Assembly (NCBI GenBank): GCA_043228905.1
Contig: JBHGNT010000005.1
Coordinates: 20,708,001-20,772,000 of the forward strand
Length of the DNA stretch: 64,000 bases
DNA from: Azolla caroliniana
Taxonomy: Eukaryota; Plantae; Polypodiophyta
Reading direction: 5' to 3'
The position numbers and the translations under genes are program-made. Below are positions 52,031 through 64,000 of the stretch, in pieces; position 1 is the stretch's first letter; each line of letters starts with the position of its first letter. The notes under the pieces are model-generated. The model was not told the origin of the DNA. It was given only the letters and a program-made list of their open reading frames with translations, and did no database searches.

Positions 52031-55000
52031 AGAGGGCTATCAAGGCGTGGGGCCACGATAGTTCGAACACCCTAGAAAAACCCCACAGATGTATTATAGG
52101 CAAAAACACATGTACCATAGGTAGAAAATTTTGGTTCTTCGATAGCGGTGGTTGTACGATAGCCAGCGTAGTTGGCCGGGAAAAGAAGCAAGCGGAGGAG
52201 CGGCTTCGGGCGTGCGGAGTCCTCAGCCCTGAAGAGGAAATCAATGGAGCCATGGAGGCAGTCTCTTTCGACGACACCTTGGGGAAGTTACGGGAGGTGT
52301 TCAGAGAAGGCCTTAATGAGGACCGGATGATTCCGGTATGTTCGGAAAAGATGTACGAAGTCATCGCCGACTTCGGTAGTGGACTCGAGTCAGATCAGAC
52401 GGCCCGAGTGGATACGAAGTACAAGACTGTGGACCGGAAGGTGAGGCCAATCACGTCACCCTTGCTGGAGGGCAACGAGTTACGGATAAAGGGGGTTGCG
52501 TCGGACCTAAGTTTACGAGATCCGGCCAACATAGGACACATGTTCACCGACGTAACGCTACGGGAGCTCAAGATCGGTGGGGGTGGCTTTCTACTACCGA
52601 CGGAAGAGGACCGGTTTCAGAGAATGCTTGGGAGGCACGGGAAAGCTTTCGCATTCTCACCGGAGGAGATCAGGTGCGTAGACCCGAAGGTTGTGGAACC
52701 AATGGTGATCTTCACGGTATCGCATGTGCCGTGGAGTCTCAAACTGATTCCGGTACCCAAAGCTCACATCCCGAAGCTGATGGAGCTGCTGAAACAGAAG
52801 GTGGAGATGGGCATCCTCGAATCGTCGAGCGCCCCATATTCGAATTGGTGGTTTACCGTGCCGAAGAAGAACGACACACTGCACTTCATACAAGACCTAC
52901 AGCCGGTCAACAAGGTGACCATTCGAAACGCAGGTATCAGTCCAACCATCGATGAGTTCGCGGAGGCTTTCGCAGGGAGGTTGATCTACTTGGTCGGGGG
53001 CCTGTACTCAGGCTACGATAAGTTCCAGTTAGCCGTAGAGAGCAGGGATGTCACGACGATGCGGACTCCTCTCGGCCTAGTTCGGATGTGTACCCTACCG
53101 CAAGGAGGAACGAACTCGGTGGCACACATGGTGAATGCGATGAACAAGGTGTTGAGGGAGTGCATCCCGGACATCACCATGCCGTTTCTGGACGACATCA
53201 TGATCAAAGGATGTCCGGTGGAGGATAAGGACGAGTCAGTCGGGCCCAACGGTTGCCAGAAGTTCGTGACGGATCACATCCGCGACTGCGAGAAGGTGCT
53301 ACAAAGACTCGAGAGTGTGCGGTTCACCTTCTCCGGAGAAAAATCAGCATTCGAACAACTGGAGATCCTGGTAGTTGGACACCTGTGCGGGCCCTATGGC
53401 CGGAAACCGTCCCCAGCAAAGGTAAAAGCCATCTCCGTGATGAAGGAAGATTGCGGGTCGGTTACGGAGGTCCGCAAATTCTTGGGTGCGTGTGTGTTCT
53501 ACCACATCTAGATTCCGCACTACACACATTTTGTGGAACCTCTCTACGGGCTATTGAAGAAAGGGCGTAGGTTCGAGTGGAGGACGGAGCACACGGAGTC
53601 AGTCCGGAGGCTAAAGGAGGCGCTTGCTGCAACACCGGCTCTCCGGAAAGCAGTTTACAGCATGGAAGTCCCCATCTACGTGACGGTGGACACGCGCCCG
53701 ACAGGGATCGGGTGGGTGATCAGTCAGGAGGACAAGGACGGCGTACGGTTCCCGATCCAGTTCGGGGCAAAGGTATTGAGCGAGCGGCAGCGAGGATACG
53801 CCCAAGTTAAGCGCGAGCTGTGGGGTATCGTGTCAGCAGTCAAGGCCGACAAGGACTATCTGATCGGGACGGAAGTGATCATCGAGACGGACTGCCTACC
53901 GATTCTAGGTATGGTCTCCGGATGCGCGACTCCGGACTTGGTGATGCTCAGGTGGATCGCGTACATCAAGTCCCTGAACTCGGAGATACGACACATCTTC
54001 GGGAAAGATAATGCCATGGCCGATATGCTTTCAAGGGCGCAGTTCAATGACGAGGATGGCATGGTTTCGGATAACGAGGAAGTCGGCGAGGATTTCTTCG
54101 GGTCAGCCAATGTAACAACAAGAAAGGGGAGCACTCCGGCACTTAACGAATTCGACGAGAGCAAGTACGACGGGGAGTGGCTCCATATCGACGGGTTCCT
54201 GAAGGCAATGACACCGGACGCGTCATGGACGAAGGAAGAGGCCAACCAGATTCGGAAGAAAGCGTACCGATTCTTTCTACGGGACAGGAGCATATGGAAG
54301 GACCCGAAGAAGAGAGACGGCATCCCGCTCCGAGTGGTGGTGAAGAAAGAGGAACAGGAAGAATTGTTGACGGCGTACCACGAGAGTCCTTGGGCCGGAC
54401 ACTGCGGGATGTGGGCCACATTTGAGAAGCTAAAGGGGAAGTACTGGCGGCCGGGACTATACCGAGACGTGCATCGGTTCGTGACGACTTGTGAAAGCTG
54501 TCAAGTGCACTCTATAGTCCGACATTGGGACGAGCTCCACCCGACCTACCCTCCGACCGTCCACTTCAAGTGGATGGTGGATCTGGTGACGATGCCGATG
54601 GGGGTAGGGCATATGCGGTATCTGGTGTTGGCTCAGGAGGACTTGACGAACCACGTGGAAGGCCGAGCGTTGCAGAGCAAAACGACCGCGGCTGTGTGCC
54701 GATTTCTAATCGAAGAAGTGGTATGTCGGTACGGGTGCGTAGGTAAGATCGTGGCCGACAACAGGGAATTGGACGCGCAAGAGGCGGAAGAGCTATTTGA
54801 CCGGCTAGGAATTAAACTCTCGCTCACCACGACGTACAATCCGGAGGCTAACGGGAAGGTGGAGCGCAGACACGGGCCGATCGTCAAAGCGTTGGTACGG
54901 GTGTGTGGAGGCCATGTCGGGAACTGGTCGTGGCTCTTACCCTATGCGTTGTGGGCGGACCGAACTACGCACAGTTCGGTAACCGGGTTCATGCCGGCAG

Positions 55001-55512
55001 AGCTAATGTACGAGCAGAAGCCGATCATGCCAACGGAGCAGACAATCTCCTCATGGGCCATGGTGGACTGGAACAACGAGATGAGCCGGGAGGAGCTGTT
55101 AGCGGCATAGATTCGGCAGCTGGAACGAAGACCGGAGGACGTGGACCGGAGGACGTGGACCGGGTGGCAAGGGTAAAGAACAAAGGACGGTTCGATCAGA
55201 CTCATCGACTGAGACCGAAGAAGATCGAGGAAGGCGACTGGGTTCTAGTGTATGACAGTAGCCTCGACAACCAGCACCGGGCAAACGCGGAAGTTTGCAA
55301 GAAGGTGGTTTGGGCCTTATGCGGTGACGAGCGCCAACGACAATGGGACCTACCATCTCGCAGAGCTCGACGGGACAAGGATGGCGATACCGGTGGCGGG
55401 GAAAAGGATCAAAGCATTCAAAAAGCGGCACGAGGCTAAACCGAACCCGGATGACCTGGATAGCGACAACGACCGGCTCAGAACGGATGCTGATCCGGAA
55501 GACGAAGGATAA
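52021..55512 (+). pseudogene. pol (RT-RH-INT with GPY tail) of element D in the -1 frame
   Basis: Frame is open from 52021 into FIQDLQPVNKVT, LPQGGTNSV, PFLDD, RNase H, HHCC, WMVDLVTM, NGKVER and WFGPY; no chromodomain. Confidence 0.92.
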
Positions 55513-56754
55513 GCATGGGCTAGTCTTCTCCGGCAAGAGTCTAATTTTGGCGCATACCAGTGGATGCATGGTTAGGTGGGGGCAAATGTCGTGGAGAAAA
55601 CCGTCCCTAGGCGGAAACCAGGTATAACGTGCGTAAACCGGCCCTTACACGTGGGCACAAGTTTTGTTGTATAGTACGTAGGTAGGTACAAGTCGCCTGA
55701 GGCGAAATCCTAGGTAGTACGCGTTCGGTAGGGAGGAAATCGAGGCGTATCCCTGTCCGAAAGGACAGGGAATAAACATGATGTAACGGCCTCCCTCCTT
55801 GGGTTATAAAAGAGAGGGAGAAGTGAGAGAAATATATCGCGTTTTTGGGAGCGAGGAGGAAGTGTTGTCGGACCGGGACCGAGCTCTCTCCTCCATCGTT
55901 CGACTTTCTCTGCAAGATTTCGGATTGTGTTGCCTCTGCTTCGTGGACAACCCGTGTGCTTCCGGTAGAGGCTCCACTGTGCAGTCGGGCTGTGTGCGTG
56001 CGTGCGTGAGCATCGTGTGTATGTGTGTGTGTCCGCCTAGGTTGGGTCCGTCGCCGGCTTGCCGGTTGTAATCGTTGTCGATTGTAATTAAGACTTTGTT
56101 CTCTGTCTCTTTCCTCCTCTGTGTTTCTGCAAGCTGCTCTCTCTCTCTCTCCCCCCTCTTTCTCACGCCCCTTGGTTCAAGGCCCCCGCGGTTCCACCTC
56201 TTTCCGAACGCGAAGAGCGTAACAACACGACAACGTGTTCACGAGTTTCGGGAATCGGAGAACCTTCTAGGGTGCCCAAACCTGCACCCACCGAGTTTCG
56301 CTTTATATCCTGGGGCCCCCCCTTTATAGGATGGTCTATAGAGGCTCTTAGTGAAGCTTTCCCGAAACGCATCTAACGGGCCGACAAATCAGTAGGGAGT
56401 AAGTGCTCCGAGAGAGAGAGAGAGAGAGAATGTAATATGGTCTTGGACAATGGACATCCCCATTTCTTTTTGTTCTTTCTCTGTTTGTTAATGTAAAGAA
56501 GAAGGATGGGCTTGGAGCCCAAAGGGTATTTGGAGAAATATGAAAAACTCAGGGGTATTTTCCGAGAGTGCTCTGTTCTTTCCCTTTTAGGAAAGAAACG
56601 CAGAAAGCAGAGACAGAGACAGAGAAAGAGCAGAGCTCAGAGCTCAGAGACAGAGACAGAGAAGATCAGAGCTCAGAGACAGAGAAGATCAGAGCTCAGA
56701 GACATAGACATAAACAGAGCAGATCAGAGCGAATCTGTGTGTGTGTGCGCAGAG

Positions 56755-57003
56755 ATGCTGAAGAGGAAGCCCACAAGGCTGGAGCTGAGCGCAGACGACA
56801 AGGAAGAGCTCGCGGAAGCCAAGAAGAGAGTGGCTGCTGCGGCAGCGGCGGTCGCAGCTGCCTCCGCCCTTCCTCCCCCCCCTTCTGCTCCTTCCGCTTC
56901 TTCATCGTCTTCCTCCGCCGCCCCGCCCAACCCTAATGTAGCTTCCATGCTTCTTCCCAACCCTAAAATATCCACTAGCCAGCGCCTTGGCCTCAACAAG
57001 TAG
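56755..57003 (+). CDS. CDC26: Anaphase-promoting complex subunit CDC26 (82 aa)
   Basis: N-terminus MLKRKPTRLELSADDKEEL matches the CDC26 motif MLRRKPT.I.L..ED.EE; C-terminus ..QRLGL is plant-like. Confidence 0.88.
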   Translation: MLKRKPTRLELSADDKEELAEAKKRVAAAAAAVAAASALPPPPSAPSASSSSSSAAPPNPNVASMLLPNPKISTSQRLGLNK

Positions 57004-60000
57004 TAGCGTCTCTCTTCCCCACTGTAAGCAAGCTTTTCTTCTTCTGTTTTTTCTTCGTTCTTTTTATGTCCTTTTTCCTTCTGTATGTGTGCGTGTGCGT
57101 GTGCGTTCATCATTCAAGAACTCCAGTTTTTGTCAAGAAAAATTCATGTGCTTATCTTCTTTTCTCTTGGGATACAAAACACAAAACGGATTCATGGAGA
57201 TAAACATGTAGCAATTTCTGAAAGTTGGAGCAATAATAAGATTATGTATCACATTCATGATGAATAGATTCAGGCTGTTAACCTTTAGGGAAATATGAAA
57301 TGTCGTAGGCAGTCACAACTACTTGAGTGGGAATAACAACCTTGTCTTGATCTTGATTGTGCTATTTTTAAGAGTGTATCAACGAAGAGATATAGAGATT
57401 TAGAATACTTTTATGATCTACACCGTGCTATCCTCGTGGTCATCGTCTTTTTATGTTCTTTTAAGTGCTCTTGTAATCAGGATTCATCCAATTAATTATC
57501 TTTAATCTCTCCGATTAGCTTGTGCATCGAGCTGTTTTTCCTCAGCAAATTGAGGCTGGTAGCACCTCCAGCATTCCCATGGTACTGGTGTTGTCTCTAT
57601 GCCCCACTATGGGGCCATTCCTAACATACAGAAGTGATTCCAGAGTCCTGATGATGTGTATAAAATGTCAGTACCTCCACTCTCATTCTCCTTCTCCCAA
57701 GTAAGTGAATTATATTACAAAGTGAGTGATCTAGGACAAAGATACGCCAAAATCTATCTCATTGGTTCCAGGTTAATGATGAGATTTTGACAATAACTTC
57801 TCTTCAATGTACTAAAGTGGAATTAGATCCAAGTCACGATCATGGAGAGTTCATATGATGCACCAAGGTGACATTGGGCCCCCCACAGTGGACCTGAGGT
57901 GAGCATGATATAATTATTTAGAGTAGGTTCTCGGTAAAAGTGCTAAAATCACTTTGGTATGCCAAATAACATCTCTTTTATTCCATAACTTGGGAAATAT
58001 ATTCCTCTGCTGGAATTAGGACTCCAATACCTAGTTATATGCATATGAGGACACATATGTAAATGAAAGGAATCAAAGATCTGTAATCAGGGTTGATGGA
58101 CTTACAGAAAATTACTTGACCTTCTCTAAGTTTTGTTGTTTGGTCTAAGCGATGTCAAATTTTTTGGAATGCATAGAAGTGACCATTGGAGCTATTGTCA
58201 CATGAGATGGGACGAAACAGGAATGTGACTTAACAGGAACTGGGTTGCATCTAGAAAATTGTCAAATGTCAGGTTGCATACGTAAATAAAAGGAATTGAA
58301 GATCTGTATTCTAGGTGGAAGGTATTGTAAATCATTATGTTGGTCTTCTCTAGGTTTGTTACGTGGTCTAGTCTTGGTCAAAACATTTGAATGCATGAGA
58401 TGGGGGATGAAAACAAAGAGGGGGGTGGTCATTTGATAGGAACTGAGATGCGTGTAGAAAATCGACAATTATCAAATTTTGTGATATAGCAGCAAGGAGC
58501 TCAAAGTGTTGTGATTCTGATATTATTACAGATCAAACTAGGAGATTAAGGAGAAGAATGAATCAAGGGTGCTTAACCATGCTGACCACCCCCGAGTGAA
58601 GGACACAAGACAAACATAAGTACCATCGGTGTCCGTACCACTGAATATTATGTTATGTTATACCCTGGTGGTTGAATAACGGATCTGAAGAAGAGAGCTT
58701 AGCCTCGCCAATAGAGTCTCGACAACATCTCAAGATGCTGTAATGAAGGGGGTAGCTAGTCCCCTTAAATACCACCTCAACAACTAAGGCTCCTAGACCA
58801 CCATGTGTTCCCATGTATCATAGGTCCTTATGAATTTGTCCCAGTTCCTAGGATAATCGGTTTCCTGACTATCCTACTTTAACCCATTCAAATTAGCTAT
58901 AGAATTATTTCAGAAGGTCATGCCTATAACAAATGCATACATACGGATAAAAGAAAAACAGCTTAACTAATGTCGAAGCTGAAGAAAATTTATTTATGAA
59001 TATTCTTAGCTTGAAACATCCTCAAATGAAGACAGGTACAAGGATGGGGATGGGTCTTGCACAAAGAATGGCGACGATAGGTTGGGAAAGCATATAGGAA
59101 GTCGAATTTTTTTTTTGTATAATAACTATATATATATTGCTTTAAGTATGTAATAAGCATATAACAAGTATATGATAAATACGCATAGGAAAATAGAAGA
59201 AATACAAGTGGTTGGATGTATAAAATCCCTTGAAAGAGGTAGGGTAAGATGTCATTGAAGTATGGGTAGAGATTGTTGGTGCTCCAAGAGTGGTCTCTTA
59301 TCAGAATTTGGCATATGGTTGTCCAATTAGCATTGGATTCCAATGCATTTACATCCAATCATAAACTTATGCTCTATTAAGTCACTTTATGGTAGGTGCT
59401 ACACACTCAAAATCTATATATAATGGATAAAGGAGAGAGCTAAGATGTTTTTTCTGAAAAACTGATAGTTAACAGCATGATATCAAACAAATCTCATTTT
59501 GATGTATAACTCGAAATTCATTTTTGAGCTAGTAGATGGTCATTTTGGAATGCTGAAAACTGCAGGATTGATTCTCTCTCTTTTCTATTCTGCTCAGAGG
59601 AGCTATCTTTGTTGCTGAAATGTGTTTGAACAGCCGGCTGGCTATGTTTTTAGGATTTGGGCTCTATCTTATTGTACCCTCTTGTGTTGATTTAAAATAA
59701 TGAAATACCAAAAGAGGTCCATTGTTTGAGCCAAAAGGTGTCAACTTCCTCATTCAGGAAAATCTAGTTTCCTGGATGTGAAATTTAGTCTTAGTTCATC
59801 CAAAATATTAAAGGGTTCTTTCTTTGTTTAATAAAATTTCAATAATGGTAAATTATAGTTAAATTGGTGGTTCAATTTGTGTTCTACCACCCCTGTTGAT
59901 TCCAGGCCAGTTTCAGATGCATCCTCTTGGTTTTATTTAGGTTTCATGATAGAAACATGCCAATAAGTGCCTCTGATAAACTCTAATTAGTGTTAGGACT

Positions 60001-60099
60001 CTATGATGGCTGGTGGGTGAATTATACTCCCTGCTACTCTTCCACGAGGGCATTATTATAAGCATGCTAAGGATATTTAATGTTTGCTGCTCTGTTGAA

Positions 60100-60209
60100 G
60101 AATGAGTGTCATATTTTCTATACTCCAATGGAACTATGTGTGCCCTAATTTGCAACCTTTTAAGATGAATGAGTGTCATATTTTCTATACTCCAATGGAA
60201 CTATGTGTG
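60100..60209. repeat. 43-bp direct repeat
   Basis: gaatgagtgtcatattttctatactccaatggaactatgtgtg at 60100-60142 and 60167-60209. Confidence 0.9.
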
Positions 60210-61760
60210 AAGGTTTTAATTGTTCATCTACAGCTCCTGTCAATTATTCCTGCACTTGGGGAGGGGGAGTTTAATTCTAAATGTATCATTAGATTTGTCT
60301 TTCCATCATATCATATCACACACACAATGGTTAACTCGAGTGTATCTTTGATCCTGCATTGGTTAATGTCACTGTTGTAGTTCTTGGTTATGTCTCTATC
60401 TAAGGTATGTACATTGAAGTTTCGAAACTCTGTTCAAGGCATTAAAACAAGGTATCATTTATTTATTTTTATAATCAGGTTCAGGTATCTAGCTTTGGAT
60501 ATAATAATACCTGTATTGATATTATTATTTGGTGTACAAGCTGGAAAGTGCAGAAGTCTCAATGATATGTTTGCAGTCTCAGTAGCTTCACAAAATATGT
60601 TACCAACAGCTCTATGTCCACCATATGGGCAGGAGGCTGCTGAGCAAAATGATATATGCTTATAATGGATAATAATGGTTACTGTGTGAAGTTGATCTTA
60701 TCTGGTCTCATGTGATTGTGAAAATCATGAGTCCCGTTTTCCCAACATAGCTGTTACCATGCATGCGTTTGTACATTGACTCTCTCTTGAATCAAACACC
60801 TTTTTCTAGTTTATCATTCCTATTTAGTGCAAAATGGCATTTGATCAAAATATGAATTGATAGCTTGATACATTTTTAATCAGTGATGAAAGCTAAATGG
60901 CTGCATTTAACATGACCCATTAGTAATGGCAATGCACTCATTCGACTTTGTTTCCATTTGAGGCTTGGCAAATCATGTTTCTAGATGTTGTCTTTGAACT
61001 CTCATCCCTAGCATGTGAGCTCTTATGGTTGCTTGATTGTCCTCAAATTCCTAGCATATAATTGGCGATTTCATGGGTGTAATCATAAGTCACCCACACA
61101 TAATGGTGTCTACTTGACCTTTGCATGAAGCTAATTCCCTCTAGCAACTGTCGAAAATCTCAAGTGCTATTATTGTGGGGAATAAACCTTTACATGGTTT
61201 TAATTTCATGGTGCATCATGTGCATCATGGTGAATAGCATGCCAATTACCCTTCCCAAATTAGGATCCTCCAAAAAGTTCCATCAAAGAAATTACAAATG
61301 GAACAAAAACTATCAAAGATTATAAATCAGTTACTGAATGTTTTTTTTCCGAAAGGAACTGTAATGTAAGGTATTGTCACATGCATGAGAATTGGGGGTA
61401 GTATAATGAATGGAGAATAAATTCACCATACCATGAAGGGGTGAGTATACCATAAGAAGAGAGAAAGGGATCGATAGGCAGAGAGAAGGTCAAATGAACA
61501 TCATGGGATTTGAATATCGACATCATGAATAGAATCAAAATATGGAATTAAGCACTATGTCACTTCATACAAGAAAAGAATTAGAAAGAGATGAGTTCAT
61601 GCATACCATGCTATGGAGAATGGATCACTACAGCATCACCCCTACCCTAACTCAACAATATGATCCACTTTTGTGCCTACCAGATCAATATAGAGTCCTC
61701 TTCCCAAGCACATCCACACATGCGGGGGAGCGAGCGAGATCACTACGAGAACCTAAGATT

Positions 61761-62581
61761 TTAAGGGGGGCACAATAACTTGCTGACATTTTGTGTGTGG
61801 AGTGGGGTGGGAGTGGTGATTTGATCGAGGGATATGGAGACATGACGCATGGTTGGTCGCTCCTCGGGATGGAGCGCGATACACGACAACGCGAGATGGA
61901 GGGTGGCGACCATTTGTTCCACGTGTTGCGGCATTTCCCTCACGAGAACCGGGTCCAAAATGTGGAGCAACAAATCCGGTGGGGGCGAAGTGTTGGCAGG
62001 TTGTGGTCGAGGAATGTCAATGTCGATCGGATGGTGCCCATGTCCGAGCGTATCAAGTTTCCGAGTGGATGCTTGATGGGTGGGATCAATCTCATGGAGG
62101 AGGAGCTGGTTCATGTGCATTATGTATTGGGGAGATTGCCGTTGGCGCCGGTGTTGGTCATCACTTATACCAGTGAGCAGCTCTAGGAGCACCATGCCCA
62201 TAGAGTACACATCCCCCTTCTGGGTCGCCTTCACGAAGCGATCGACCCCGAGCGAGAATAGAGTCTCGCCCCCGGCCCCGGCCTTGAAGACCACATCGAT
62301 GGCCTCGGGCGCGTAGTAGTGTAAATCGAGGTCCTTGGCCGGTACCCTTGTGTTCCTTGTGGGCGTGGGCACCACTCCGCTCCCGGCTATGCTCACAAGG
62401 CGCCCGAGGCCGTAATCCGCCACGTACGCATCCAATCCCATGTCTAGCAATATGTTGTTGGGCTTTAGGTCCCCGTGTGCCGCAGTTCCGCCCCGTTGCT
62501 CGTGTAGGAATGCTACGGCCCTCGCTACTGCCCTCGCTATTTTTAACCTCGCCCACCATACTAGCCCTTGTTGGTGCCATC
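61761..62581 (-). CDS. Receptor-like kinase (probably LRR-RLK), terminal exon with the C-terminal part of the kinase domain; upstream exons not found in the window
   Basis: LVWWARLKIA..VAFLHE..HGDLKPNNILLD..VADYGL..YYAPE..TQKGDVYSMGMVLLELLTG..LALSCI...PEERPTM; AG acceptor at 62583-62582. Confidence 0.88.
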
Positions 62582-64000
62582 CTAATTTGTCCCCAAGAAA
62601 AAAACCCGAAAAAACACGGATCAATTTAAAAAATAAAACACCCAAGCAAACATTGTTCTTTATTCGTTCGAGTATGAACTTATCGAAAGGTGCAACTAAA
62701 AATTTCCCATACCTCCTCTTTCTTGTTGTCGATAAACAACCCTATGCACTCTTAACAATCACAAGGCAATCAATTTATTACACTCTAATATACTAGTTAT
62801 TTCTTTGTTCAAACAATGCTAACCAACCGACTAAAGAGCTAATTTTCTATCTTCAAAAGATTGTGGTATAAAAACTTCCTCAAAAGGATGCATTGTTGGA
62901 CCGGATGGAAGTGTGGTACTTCATGTGAATGATGCCTTAAAAAGTCTACCAACAAGAAAAGCACAATTTAGTTGTCTTCAAGATAAAGATACAAGCCTTG
63001 AGTAGTGTCCAAATCTATCTTAAATATCCACCATTTTTTCTGTATTGCTAAGCAATCACATGTTGTCAATTGGTCATGTGACATGCCAGTCCTCTATGTC
63101 ACATTCACATATGTGATGCGTTGTTTTCTCTTGTTCAATGTGTTTCTATTGAAGCGAGTATCGAGATAATATGTATGGGTCACTAGGCCCTTGGTATTTG
63201 AAATCATGATTGGAAAATGATGGCATACTTGTGACATTTTGTCTTCTCGAATCTTGATCAAAACGAGAGCGAAAGAAACAGCAATAAGTATTTTGATCTA
63301 TAAGAGTTGTTTTTGGGCTTTGATCTATTTATCCATCACATGTCACTCTCATCACATTATTCGTACAAAAAATTTCACCTAGGAGTACCCATTTGGCCAT
63401 GATTACGCTATAAAGTGCACGAATATTTTGTCAAGTGAGTTTCATTGCCTGTCATGGCTTTTTCATCAGTTTTTGGTCAGAAATCTTGGAGATGTTTCGC
63501 GGCTTGTAAGGGATGAAAATGATAGAGTTTACATGGATATATATAAACATCTCCAAGAATTCCAACCAAATACTTATGAAAATCCATATTAGGCCGAGAA
63601 ACTCTCTCAATCGAAAATTCATGCACTTTTGTCGCCATCGGAGTGTTCTATTTTCGAGATCACATTTCCTTAATGCCAATGACAAGAATCAACATAGGAG
63701 TCTGGAGAGTGATTGAGTACTAACCATGTCCACGGCTTTCTCCGTTTGGTTTCCCCAAGTGCACCTACGCCAAGCCTGACCTTCAAAGAAAGGGGTCAAA
63801 CTAATCGTAGAATCCCACCCGAGATAGAGTCACATAGAAATGCTCGAGGGAAATTGGCCGAAAGTCATAGGGGCATTTAGGAGTTTAAGCACGGGTTGGC
63901 CAAGGGAATTCCGAGGGGGGGGGGGGCAAATAACGGGAATTGACGACGCAAGGGTATTTTGGTAAATTTAAACTCGGATCTTATGGATCCAATGTGTGTG

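Larger units (their letters stand above)
42419..56232 (+). mobile_element. Element D: tRNA-Trp-primed non-chromovirus Ty3/gypsy, GC-rich, same lineage as C; 5' LTR split by element E
   Basis: 5' LTR 42419-43029 + 49819-49854; 3' LTR 55587-56232; TSD ACGT (42415-42418, 56233-56236); PBS 49859-49876; PPT aggtgggggcaaa. Confidence 0.95.

Noticed and set aside
50070-55569. Many antisense and alternative-frame ORFs in element D
   Set aside because: Expected from high GC content; no counterparts in element C.
56506-56754. In-frame 83-aa N-terminal extension of CDC26
   Set aside because: AG-rich repeats lack stops by chance, and CDC26 normally begins at the MLxRKP Met, whose N-terminus binds APC6.
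63340-64000. Possible start of another LTR in the kinase intron
   Set aside because: Starts with TGTCA and looks repeat-like, but no partner LTR, TSD or coding part is visible in the window.

Overview
Land-plant nuclear DNA, probably from a non-seed plant such as a fern (inferred from the retroelement lineages). Eight host genes are present: the 3' end of a filament-like plant protein (FPP/DUF869), ICln/CLNS1A, a U/P-type cyclin, a CONSTANS-like B-box/CCT gene, a LAZ1/TMEM184 (DUF300) gene, plastid ribosomal protein L4, the APC/C subunit CDC26, and the last exon of a receptor-like kinase. Two nested clusters of Ty3/gypsy LTR retrotransposons (about 5.1-20.2 kb and 42.4-56.2 kb) interrupt them. 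Main signals: (1) two very divergent members of an unusual tRNA-Trp-primed gypsy lineage with a 4-bp TSD. Both end gag-protease at G_GAU_UUU-stop, followed 6 nt later by an H-type pseudoknot whose sequence differs but whose pairing is kept, which suggests a conserved -1 ribosomal frameshift between protease and RT. (2) A Tcn1-like chromovirus with an 11-nt Tf1-style self-priming PBS and its own frameshift pseudoknot. (3) CDC26 apparently without its usual downstream TTM3 cistron. (4) Unusual coding tandem repeats in the COL and FPP proteins. All retroelement copies are mutationally inactivated. Exon boundaries and RNA structures were read by eye, with no alignment or folding software.
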